Source: Pseudomonadota bacterium (GTDB taxonomy: Bacteria > Pseudomonadota > Alphaproteobacteria > Rhodobacterales > Rhodobacteraceae). Taken from it: a stretch of DNA of 64,000 bases. Of the stretch, positions 53,276-62,554 are shown piece by piece. Numbering within the stretch: the first letter of the stretch is position 1; each line of letters opens with the position of its first letter. Below the pieces are notes generated by a model. It was not told the origin of the DNA and searched no databases. It worked only from the letters and a program-made list of their open reading frames with translations. The DNA lies in the NCBI GenBank assembly GCA_038749815.1, contig JBCDHQ010000001.1, positions 2,925-66,924 on the forward strand. Direction: 5' to 3'. The position numbers and the translations under genes are program-made.

Positions 53276-54091
53276 TCAGGCCGCCAGGCCCAGCTCGGCC
53301 AAGTGGGCGAAGCCGGCGGGAACATCCGTGTGCCGGCGCAGCTCCAGCACCAGGTGCGGGGCGCTTTTGCACGCGGCGAGCGCCCGAAACACCTCGCGCC
53401 AGTGGATCGAGCCCTCGCCCGGGGCCCAGTGGCGATCGGCGTGGCCGTCGAGATCCTGGATGTGGACATGCCGCAACCGGTCGCCCGCGTCGCGCACAAA
53501 CCCGTCCACAGGCGGCGCACCTTGGATGCGATGCGCGAGATGCGCGTGGCCCGTGTCGATGGAGAGCGCCATAGCGCTGGAGCCGATGGCCTCCACCATC
53601 CTCCGCCGATCCGCGGGGTCCACGTCCTTGCAGTTCTCCACCACCAGCGTCACGCCGTGGGTCTCGGCCAGCGCCAGCGCCGGACCCATGACCGCGCGCA
53701 CGCGCTCGACGATCTGCGCGTCGCCGCCATAGCCGGCGAGCTTGTGGTGATGCGTCCAGCGGTCAAAGGGCGAGTGGACGACCATCTGCCGCGCCCCCAG
53801 CGCCGCCGCGGCCTCGACGCCCTGGACGTAGCGGCGCGAGATCACGTCCCGCAGCTCCGGGTCGGCATTGTCGATGGTGAGGCCGATGAACGGCCCGTGG
53901 ATCCCGATCCGGCCCGTGAACCCGTCGAGCACAGCCTTGGCGCGGTCGACAGTGCCCTGCCAGCCGTCCTTGTAGACCTCATGGAAGATGAAATCGGGCA
54001 CCTCGAGGTCGCGCGCGCTGTCGAAGAGCCAGTCACGGTGGGCGGTGATGTCGTCGATCCTCAGCGAGGCGCCGATCTTGAGCGGAAGCAT
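53276..54091 (-). CDS. Sugar-phosphate isomerase/epimerase family TIM-barrel protein (AP endonuclease 2 fold)
   Basis: GIHGPF, VVHSP, VVEN, IDTGHA, HVHIQD..DRHW.PGEG, VLE. Confidence 0.9.
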   Translation of the reverse strand: MLPLKIGASLRIDDITAHRDWLFDSARDLEVPDFIFHEVYKDGWQGTVDRAKAVLDGFTGRIGIHGPFIGLTIDNADPELRDVISRRYVQGVEAAAALGARQMVVHSPFDRWTHHHKLAGYGGDAQIVERVRAVMGPALALAETHGVTLVVENCKDVDPADRRRMVEAIGSSAMALSIDTGHAHLAHRIQGAPPVDGFVRDAGDRLRHVHIQDLDGHADRHWAPGEGSIHWREVFRALAACKSAPHLVLELRRHTDVPAGFAHLAELGLAA

Positions 54092-54150
54092 GGGCGGGGT
54101 CCTTTTGATGTCTTGCGGGGGCCCGGGGGGATCCCCGAGCCCCAGGCGTT

Positions 54151-55701
54151 TCAGGCGTCGAAGCAGACGGTCTCATACCGCGGCCCCTGCCAAAGCTGAG
54201 TGTGGGCGCGCAGAGTGTTCAGTCCCTCGCGGTGGACGATATTGATGCGGCGCCCCCCGATCATGAGGCCCAGACCCTCGTCTTGCGCGATCCGCTGCAT
54301 CTCGTGACATAACCCGAACCGCGCGTCGTCGTCGGTCTCGGCCGCCGCTTCAGCCAGAAGCGCATTGGAGCGCTCGACCCCCTCGCCGGCCCAGCCGCCG
54401 GGCTCGCCCGCGTTGAGCTCAGACGCACGGCTGAGATCGATGTTGGGGCTGCGCGGCCCCACCAGATTGCGGCGCGGCCGGCCGATGGGCTGGTTCAGGG
54501 CGTTCACGAACGGGGTGAAGCCGTGGCAGGGGCGCTCCTGGACCTCCAGATTGACGCCCGCTTCGGCGAGGCTCTCGCTGACGATGGGACAGAGGCGCGG
54601 CTCTTCCGGGAAGGACGGGCAGACCACCATCGCGGGCAGGGTCACCCCGTCCGCATAGCCCGCCTCGGCCAGAAGCGCCCTGGCCTGCGCCACATCCCGC
54701 ACCACGAACTCGGCGTTCACACCGGTCATGTGGCAGTCATTGCCGGTCCAGCCCTCGGGGTCGTTGTAGACGATCCGGTTGATCGCGGGCCGGTCGATGG
54801 CAAGGCTCATCGCCTTGCGCACGCGCACATCGTTCCAGGGGAAGCCCAGGTTCTTCGGCATCACAAGCGAGAACTGGTCGCCCGCCGGCGAGGCAAAGAC
54901 CTCACCGCCCGCGTCCTCGCACTGTTCGATCCGGCCCGGGTCGATGTTGAACACCGCGTTCATCCGGCCCGAGCGGAAGCCGTTGATTCCCGCGTTGCCG
55001 AGCGCGATGACCCCCGGCAGCTCATCCAGAACCGGCCCCTGCTCCGTCCAATAGTCTTCGAACCGCTCCGAACGGAACTGGCGCGCAGTGTCGATCTCGA
55101 TCCGGCGGAAAGGCCCAGTGCCGATGCCGTCGAAGCTGTCGTTCGCCCTCATGATCATGTTGCGATACTCGGCGAGCATGTGCGGCAACGCAGGAGTGCC
55201 GTTGTCGAGGAAGAACCGAACCGTGTAGGGGCCCGTCTGCTCCACCGCCGAGACTGTATGGGCGCGCAGGTTGCCGGCATTGAGCAGGAACCGGTACCTC
55301 GACAGCACGTCCGCCGCCGTGCACTCGGTCCCGTCGTGGACCAGCACACCCTCGCGGAGGGTCACGCCCCAGACTTTGAAGTCGTCCGACGGCGCGCTCC
55401 CGGAGGCCAGCTCCAGCTCTTCGTCAACCGAGGTCAGCCCGGTCCAGACCGAGCGGGTCAGGAGGTCGAGCCAATCGAACCGATGCTCGCCCCGGTTCGA
55501 CTGGCCGAGCGCCCAGTTCGGATAGGTCGGCCCGTAGGTCAGAATGCCGCCCGTCTTGGGCGCGTGCTCCGCGACCATCGCCTCGACCGTGTCGGGCGTC
55601 GCGGCGAGGGCTTTTGTCGGGTCGAGGAGGTGGCTGAGGCCGATGACCGTGGCACCAGCATACACGCGGGTGACAAACTCTCGGCGGGTGAGGCGGGGCA
55701 T
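54151..55701 (-). CDS. Family 5 ABC substrate-binding protein with Tat signal (open frame, possibly degenerating)
   Basis: LTRREFV Tat motif, LREGVLVHDGTECTAADV, GIGTGPF, DVRVRKAMSLAIDR. Confidence 0.8.
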   Translation of the reverse strand: MPRLTRREFVTRVYAGATVIGLSHLLDPTKALAATPDTVEAMVAEHAPKTGGILTYGPTYPNWALGQSNRGEHRFDWLDLLTRSVWTGLTSVDEELELASGSAPSDDFKVWGVTLREGVLVHDGTECTAADVLSRYRFLLNAGNLRAHTVSAVEQTGPYTVRFFLDNGTPALPHMLAEYRNMIMRANDSFDGIGTGPFRRIEIDTARQFRSERFEDYWTEQGPVLDELPGVIALGNAGINGFRSGRMNAVFNIDPGRIEQCEDAGGEVFASPAGDQFSLVMPKNLGFPWNDVRVRKAMSLAIDRPAINRIVYNDPEGWTGNDCHMTGVNAEFVVRDVAQARALLAEAGYADGVTLPAMVVCPSFPEEPRLCPIVSESLAEAGVNLEVQERPCHGFTPFVNALNQPIGRPRRNLVGPRSPNIDLSRASELNAGEPGGWAGEGVERSNALLAEAAAETDDDARFGLCHEMQRIAQDEGLGLMIGGRRINIVHREGLNTLRAHTQLWQGPRYETVCFDA

Positions 55702-55879
55702 GATCGATCCGTCCTGGACAGCGCATGTCGTGACGGCACCAGTATCGATGGCTTCACAACGCCGGCGTGAACCCGCGCCCGGCCAAGGCCGCTTTCACAA
55801 AACCTTCGCGCCAAGCCCCCACCTATGCGGCCACGCCTGTTCAGCGCACGGGCACCCCCCCCCCCCCGGCAAAGCCGCC

Positions 55880-56120
55880 GAGTTCGTGCAAAGCGTCCAC
55901 GGTCGCCCCGCTCGCGTGCCGCATTCGACGCTGGCGCAAGGCTGCCGGATCTTCAGCCGGAGCTCAGCCAGCCGTCATGCCACCCAAGTCCAATGCCCCC
56001 GCACAGAGGCGACGGCGCACATCCCCGGATGGACGGAGGACAACACTCGACACAGGCCGCACGCATCCCTCGGCACGCGTGCGCCGCACGACATCGGCCG
56101 GAAAACCAGACCGCATGACG
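55880..56120 (+). mobile_element. IS3-family OrfB C-terminal relic
   Basis: AHIPGWTEDNTRHRPHASLGTRAP resembles ...IAAWxEDYNxxRPHSSLGY.TP. Confidence 0.55.
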
Positions 56121-57374
56121 CCAGACACCACCCCACGGACGCTCCCTCTGCTGGTGAATATGCCGCCTCAGGACCGAAGGTCTTCGGACCCGGCAAGTGC
56201 CGAGCCATGTGTCGATGACAAGCGTGCTCTGAGCGAGATCAGTTTTGGCAGGTTCAACGAGTGGCGGCGTGTGGCATCTCCACAGGCGAGATGCCCGAGA
56301 TCCGACCTGTCAGCAGTCGCGCCCGCCACGGTCGTCGTCTGGGCCAATGCTTCCCTTGGGGGTTTATCCCCTCAAAGCAAGTGTTCGGGCATGCTCTATC
56401 ATAGGCCAGGAGTAAGAGCCCTTCCGCATCCCCGACCCGAAGCGTCCGCGACGTCTTCGAGCGGTTCCCAGACGAGGAAGCGCGCCTTCTGCACGTCTTC
56501 AGCGTTCGTTTTGGCGGGCGCAACGTCTGTCGTGCCTGCAGCGTCGATGCGGGAGTGCACCCGATGACCAACCGTCACGCCTGGGCTTGCTCGGCCGGCG
56601 GAGATCATCTGTACCCTACCGCCGGGACCGTCTTCGAGGATACGCGGACGCCGCTGCAGCTGCGGTTCCACGCGATCTATCGGTTCTGCACGTCACGTCA
56701 TGGCGCAAGCGGACGGGAGCTTCAGCGTCAGCTTGGCGTCACCGACAAGACCGCGTGGCGCATGGCCAAGCACACTCGCATCCTGATGCAGAGTGCTGAG
56801 GCTGCGGTTCTGCTGAACGGTCATGTCGAGATCGACGAGAGCTCTACCGGCGGCAAGCGGTCGGGCGGGAGTCGTGGTCGCGCTGCCCCCGGCAAGACCG
56901 TCAGTATGGGCCAGTAGGAGCGCGGCGGGCGCATGGTTGCCACGGCGATCCCGGATGTGAAGCTCAAGACACTGAAGCGCGATGAGAAGGTCTAGACGGA
57001 CGAGCCGATGAGCTACGGCTTACTGGCGAAAGAGGGGTACACCCAGTTGGCAGTAAAGCACGGGGCCAAGGAGTGGGCGTTAGATGACACCCGGACAAGC
57101 GAGATCGCGCATAGGAACGGCGTCGAGAACTTCTGGGAGCACTTGGAGACCTCCGTCCGCTCGACGCACATCCAGATCTCGGCGAAGCGCATGCCAACCC
57201 ATCTGGCCGGATTTACGTTCCGCTCGAACCACCGCCAGATGGGGAACGAGATGCTGGACGGTCTTCCCAGGGCTGTGCGATGACGCGCCGCAAGGCGTCG
57301 TCTCGCTCAGCCGCGTCAGCCGGGCCGACACCATCGGCCCCGGCTTGCCCGATGAACTCCTCAAGCGTGAGAGG

Positions 57375-57910
57375 TAGCGTCATACCGTGATCCCCTCAGT
57401 TGCCGAAAGCTCATCGAAGTTCATGCGCATCACTTGCCCTCTGTCGCACAGGTCTAGTATTCAAAGCTCTTTCATGCTCGGCTGTCCCATAGTCCTCTTC
57501 TCCATGCTTACAATGGGAAGATCTACAACCTTCGCCAGCGCGACCATCGAAAGGTCGTTCAAGCCGATCGTATCGTTTCGGGTGCCGTTGTCGTCGGAGA
57601 TCAACTGAAAGTGGGTCTTCCGCCAATCCTCATCCCGATTGAGGTCGGCCCGCCACGGCCAATTCCCTTGCCCAACCTCCAAGCGGCACGTTCGGTTACA
57701 CACAACAAACGCAGACCAGACGGCCCCGTGATCGACGTAAGCTCTTCCGCGATCTCGACGTTCCAGAGGAAGGCGTCAGACTTGTTGAGATCAATCGCCT
57801 TCGACCAGAGGGAACCGTACACTGCATCGGGCAGTTCCATGACGGGGTTGGAAAATCCAGATGCATCAAGACAGTATTTGTACGTCAGACCCGAAGATCG
57901 CGTCTTACAT
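57375..57910 (-). pseudogene. Decayed DUF4411-like PIN-domain gene
   Basis: YCLDASGFSNP..LPD.VYGSLW and DLSMVALAKVVDLPIVSME motifs split across frames; bounds approximate. Confidence 0.68.
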
Positions 57911-59045
57911 CTTCGAGATGAGCGAGGTTCTTTGGGCCGAGGTACTCGGCTGCGTTGTGGCCGGTTATCGGCCCCGCCCCCACGCATTTACAACGAGCCC
58001 GGTGTAAAGAAAGTCCTCAAGCGCTGTAGTATCCAGGCCCTCCAAATGAACTGAATACCTCCTCTTCCTTCTGAAAGGCTGGCCGCACGGTCTGCCAATA
58101 GAAGTCGCTCGCGACGCAATCGAGCGTCACGCGCCTGACAAGCAGCGCGTGGCGGCTGACAGCGAAGCGCCTCGTAAGATCGGACAGCATATGCAGATCG
58201 AAGTCGGCCTGTGGGGGGGCAGGCTTCCGAACGGCACGTGCAATGGCCCGATCCGGCATTGGGAAACGGCCGGCGAAGCGGTTGCACCAGCCCTCGACCT
58301 CTTTGTTGCACGCCCCCTTATCACCTCCGGGTGAGGGGCCACCACCGATCCCGCTCAGCCCAAGCGGCACATGGCCAAACTCATGAAGCCGTGCGAACGC
58401 CTGCCCAGTTGGCGCCTCACGGCCGTACACAAGGACCGGGAGGGGTTCTGCATTGAGGCACATGCCCCCCGCCCGCAGCGTCGGAACACCCCCTGTCGGA
58501 GAACGAGCACGCCCATACGCTCAATGAGACTTCGGAGCCGATTGGGCAGATCCCGCTTCTCAGACGACGAGGCTGAAATCCGGTCGTCCATCGGGAAAGC
58601 CATCGCCTCGCGAACGATCTCTGCCGCACGTTCCGGATCGGCGCCGATGTAAAATCTTAAATTGGCCGACAGGACAGGCGGACACTCTCCGAGCTCATCG
58701 ATGAGCGCCAGGGCATTCAGTCGCTGCTCTTCTGCCCAGGCTTGGATCCCCGTCAGCGCCCGCCGTTCGTTGTCTTTAGGGCCGTCGGCATACGCGCGAA
58801 AATCCGGCACAAGCGTGGTGGAGGGACCCTCAGGCACCCCATGGGCAAGGACTCAAGAAAGGGACGATCACAGGCTTTCGCGAGAATGCGTCCTTGCCGC
58901 GGAGTGGGTGTGTGGGCCCCGGCCTCCCAGTCGCCAATTCTCTTCGGCGTCACATTCGCTTTTGCTTCTGCGTCCGAAACGCCAACGCCAGACCGCTGGG
59001 TTGAAGGGCAGTGGCTCGCTGTCGGTCCGACCCATTTCATCAAGA
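57885..59045 (-). pseudogene. Decayed XRE-HTH + ImmA/IrrE Zn-metallopeptidase gene
   Basis: HTH (RIGDWEAG..TPTPRQGRILAKACDRPF), VPDFR, LRSLIERMGVLV, HEFGH (HExxH), EVEGWCNRFAG and FAVSRHA across 3-4 frames. Confidence 0.8.
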
Positions 59046-59233
59046 AATGAACCTCAACAGTCCCCCGCCAGCGGATTGAACGCGTTTGTCAGCCGATGAC
59101 ACATGCGCGACTCACTAGCCTCAAGGCGCTAAGCCCCAGAATCAAAGACTGTCACTGAAACCGATCAAGTGGCTTGCTGAATAAGAAACAGAGCAAAGAC
59201 GAAACATCGCGCGTCGTCACAACTTGATATCAA

Positions 59234-59309
59234 TGGTGAGCCGTGCAGGATTCGAACCTGCGACCCGCTGATTAAAAGTCAGCTGCTCTACCAACTGAGC
59301 TAACGGCCC
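59234..59309 (-). tRNA. tRNA-Lys (anticodon TTT)
   Basis: Reverse complement GGGCCGTTAGCTCAGTTGGTAGAGCAGCTGACTTTTAATCAGCGGGTCGCAGGTTCGAATCCTGCACGGCTCACCA folds as a cloverleaf. Confidence 0.97.
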
Positions 59310-59624
59310 ATCAATATGTGCAAGTCCGACTGCAGGGTCGCACCGGCTTCGTGTTGTGACCCGATCTCACCCGAGGGATCCATCGGTTCGTGGTTTGCTC
59401 CCACATTGACTGCAAACTCAGCATGAGCCCAACAAACCCGAACCGCTCTATACTGACGCGAGGCAAGTGGGTCAAGGTCGGACCCGACCTCCAGGCGGGC
59501 CAGTCCGAGACCGCGTCGCCACGCAGAACTCCCGCCTGCAGCCGCCCGCGCAGGCGGCACAGCTCGTGATCCACCACAACAAAACACATACGAAAGGCGG
59601 AGCGCGCGCCATGAGCTTGATCCA

Positions 59625-60260
59625 TGACCTGGGATAGCCATCCCCGCCATTTGGGCGTTCAGCGGTGGCTGGGACGAGAGACGCCCCAAGAGGATCGACG
59701 CTTCGGCAGGTCGACGGTCTTCAGGCACAAGGCGCGAGGAGCGCCGGGGCTCTGCGCCAGATCGGCGTGCCGCAAGCGACCCGCTCCCGGGTACAAGCGG
59801 GAGGCCCTGCCGAGAAAACCAGCGGTTGCGGCGCACAATGGCTGGACAGGCTCGGTCCGACCGACGCTGCAAACGTCTGAGCCCCCAACGTCGCAGGAGC
59901 CTGTTCGGCGGGAGCTTGGCCGGGCCTGCCGCAGCTTCGCTCGGCACCGATCCACGCGGCAACATCATCGACGCGGCAGACCAGTGCGGACATCGCATGG
60001 CGACTGTTCTGCTCACCAGCTCTGGTGAAGCATCGGCGGGTGAGCGGCGATCCACCGGACCGAGGAGGATGGCGGGCGGCACGCGACCGGCCGAAGGCCC
60101 CGCAAAAACCGACCGGGCGGCTGTGGCTGCATGTCGGCGAGGCCTATCGCGCGCGGGCTGTCACCGACAGCGACACAAGCGAGGCGCCGATGATCCGCGT
60201 GGATCGCAAGCTCACCTCTTCGGATGTGTTGGACCCGTCCTGAGCCCCGTCGTCCCTCGC
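59625..60260 (+). mobile_element. Eroded IS3-family relic (orfA plus partial orfB)
   Basis: LRQVDGLQAQG...ALRQIGV, RRELGRACRSFARHRST, IIDAADQCGHRM, KAPQKPTGRLWL and MIRVDRKLTSSDVLD fragments. Confidence 0.72.
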
Positions 60261-61000
60261 GCCATTGGAAGCCTCCGTGGGGTGATGTCTGGCGTCGCGC
60301 GGCCCACGAGCGCCGAGGGATGAGTGCAGTCTGTGTCGTCCTCCGTCGATGCGGTGAGTGCGCCGTCGCCTCGGGGCGCGCCGTGAAGAGCGGTGCATTC
60401 ATCAACGCGTCTCGGAGACGGCCGACGACGCGCTGCTCGACGGCAGTCCGCGTTGGCAGTCCAGGCGCGCTATAGGGCCAGTCGACGCCTGTCTCCTGGC
60501 GCCATCTCGGCGTGGCTAGAATGGTCAGCTCCGTGCCGGTCTTCGGGCGTCCTCGGCACGTCATGAGTGCGGACAGGTCTCGTGTGACGCGGCGGCGGGC
60601 GATCAGGGCGACGCCCTCGCAGCTGAAGCGACCAACGATGGCCAAGACCCGGAACCGACGGGCATCGGCGACCGCGCCAAAGGCGAAATCCAGGCTCCAC
60701 CCTCATTGGGTCGAACCACTCCATGCGGGTCTGCCGTCTGCAACTGTCGACTGAGGCAGGTTGCCCGAGGGATGGAGATCCAGTCGGTTTACGCGTGGAC
60801 GATCAGGTGCCAGCCGCATGCGACGGTTCTGGGGTGCATGGTCCACGCGGCATCGGCCGCGAGACCCTCGTTTCGCGCATCTTTCGCCCATCGCGACTGC
60901 GTGTCGTTGGCCTGACTCACCAGCGCCTTATCGGCGTGACCGTGTTCCCGCGCCACCGTCGCCGATGTGGCGACCATTGCGGGCCCGCATCTCACCCGAA
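60260..61000 (-). mobile_element. Second eroded IS3-family (IS407-like) orfB relic, opposite orientation
   Basis: WSLDF..VADARRFRVLAIV, RVTRDLSALM..RGRPK.GTELT..WRQETGVDWPYSAPGLP and GRLRDALMN..LF fragments. Confidence 0.72.
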
Positions 61001-61272
61001 CAATCGTCTCAGTCGCACCGAACGTGAGCGTCGCCTCCTCCGTGGAGATGGCAGGGCCGCGGGCCCGTGCGACCTCACCTGTGGCGACTGTCGCCGTGGG
61101 GGCCGCCCTCCATCACCTCGCTGTCAGGGCCTGCAGCCGGCTCAGCGCGTCCGTCACCGACGCGTGAAAAGGGGATGGGACCCGCGAGTGGCGACACGCG
61201 GTCCTCAACACAAAAAGGATGAGCGCTTGACCGTGCCAACCAGCCGAAAACCACCTCCAAACCTGGCGCGGC

Positions 61273-62307
61273 TCACCCGGCCACGCCGTTGCGGTAGGTC
61301 GACAAGGTCTGGCCCGCCCAGGCCTTGAACGCCCGCCGGAAGGAGCGCTCGTCGGAGTAGCCGGTCAGTTCCGCCAGATCGTCCGCCGTCAACCGGGGGT
61401 CCGACGCGAGGTTCTGGATCCGTTCGAACCTCTCATCCCGAATGAGCGCGCCGAGCGAGCGGCAATGGCTCGCGGCGGTGCGCTGTGCCTTCCGGAGGCT
61501 CATTCCGGCCTCGGCCGCGATGCGCTCAGGCATGTGGACACCCTCGGCCACGCAATCGGCTATGGCCTGCTCGAGGCGCGTCATCTCCTGGGCTGCGGCG
61601 TCCGGTGTCTCCGACCCGGTGGCGGCCCGCAGATAGGTCTCGGCGAAGGCCGCAAAGTCGGGATTTCGGTCCGGCGACGGCATGTCGAGGAGCGAGCGCT
61701 CAAAGACCAGGGACGTGCCCGACTGCTCGAAGGAGACCGGCGCTGCAAAGAACCGACTGAACGCGGCCCCACTCCCACGCGGCGGAGACCGGAAGAGAAC
61801 GCGCTCCGGAACGAAGTCGAGGCCCAAGACCTGGCGGAACACCCGCGTCATCGTGCAGACCGTCACCTCATGCGCCGCCTCGGTCTCAGACGGAAACCGG
61901 ACGTCGACGTCGAGCGCGGCATGCCGCCCAGATTCTCGCAGCGTGATCACAACACCCTCCGAGGCATGGGCCTGATGGCGGAGCATCAGACGAAGCACGT
62001 CACGGATGGTCGGGGCGTGGCGAGCGAGAAAGCTGATGCTCGCAATCACGGTGAGGGGCGCCGCTTCGACGAAGCGGACCGTCAGAGGCGACGTCGGGAA
62101 GCGCCGGTAGAGGGTGTCCCACATCTCGGCGCCCACCCGCTCCGGCAGCCGCTCGCCCGGGGCGTAGAGGGTCGCCAGATCCGTGCCGGAGCGAGCGACG
62201 AACTCGGCCGGGTCGAACCCCAACGTGGCAGCAAAGGCCGCAACAGGGCCGAGGACGGCGGCCTGAACCGTCGGCTCCTGCGCCCGTGCACTGTCACACT
62301 GTCCCAT
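61273..62307 (-). CDS. AraC family transcriptional regulator (OruR/ArgR-like N-terminal domain)
   Basis: APTIRDVL, FFAAPVSFEQ..LVF, and C-terminal HTH DLAELTGYSDERSFRRAFKAWAGQT. Confidence 0.9.
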   Translation of the reverse strand: MGQCDSARAQEPTVQAAVLGPVAAFAATLGFDPAEFVARSGTDLATLYAPGERLPERVGAEMWDTLYRRFPTSPLTVRFVEAAPLTVIASISFLARHAPTIRDVLRLMLRHQAHASEGVVITLRESGRHAALDVDVRFPSETEAAHEVTVCTMTRVFRQVLGLDFVPERVLFRSPPRGSGAAFSRFFAAPVSFEQSGTSLVFERSLLDMPSPDRNPDFAAFAETYLRAATGSETPDAAAQEMTRLEQAIADCVAEGVHMPERIAAEAGMSLRKAQRTAASHCRSLGALIRDERFERIQNLASDPRLTADDLAELTGYSDERSFRRAFKAWAGQTLSTYRNGVAG

Positions 62308-62554
62308 CGCAGCCACCCACCGCGCTCCCAATGTGGTTTGGCCCGTTCGAGGCCACATGCAGTCGGCGTCAGCGTATGCATTAAGGTATCCTCAGCACCA
62401 TGCTCGCAAATGCGCACTAAATGCGCGCTGCCGAACAACGGCGTATCCGCGCAGCCCGGAGATCGACCCAAACCGACCGCCCCAAGCCGCCATCCAGGTG
62501 GGGAGAGCGTCATCACTGGATGACGAATGACCGCTGGTAGTCTATTGCTTTTGC

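Larger units (their letters stand above)
56359..59137 (+). mobile_element. IS1595-family element (decayed transposase at about 56391-57281) with passenger genes between imperfect 25-bp terminal IRs
   Basis: FERFPDEE, Zn-ribbon remnant, TAGTVFEDTRTPL, SGRELQRQLGVT.KTAWRM, GHVEIDE and NGVENFW motifs. IRs at 56359-56383 and 59113-59137 match at 18/25. Confidence 0.72.

Noticed and set aside
55855-55867. C13 homopolymer as a phase-variation tract
   Set aside because: Intergenic, next to an IS relic, with no promoter or ORF clearly affected; run length may be an assembly artefact
48560-57000. Several in-frame TAG codons suggesting amber recoding (pyrrolysine or an alternative code)
   Set aside because: Most occur in genes that also have frameshifts, TAG ends intact genes elsewhere in the window, and no pyl genes or suppressor tRNA were seen
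59160-59232. AT-rich CAAGCCACTTGAT / TTGATATCAAG motifs after tRNA-Lys as recombinase arm sites
   Set aside because: No associated integrase and no second copy found by eye
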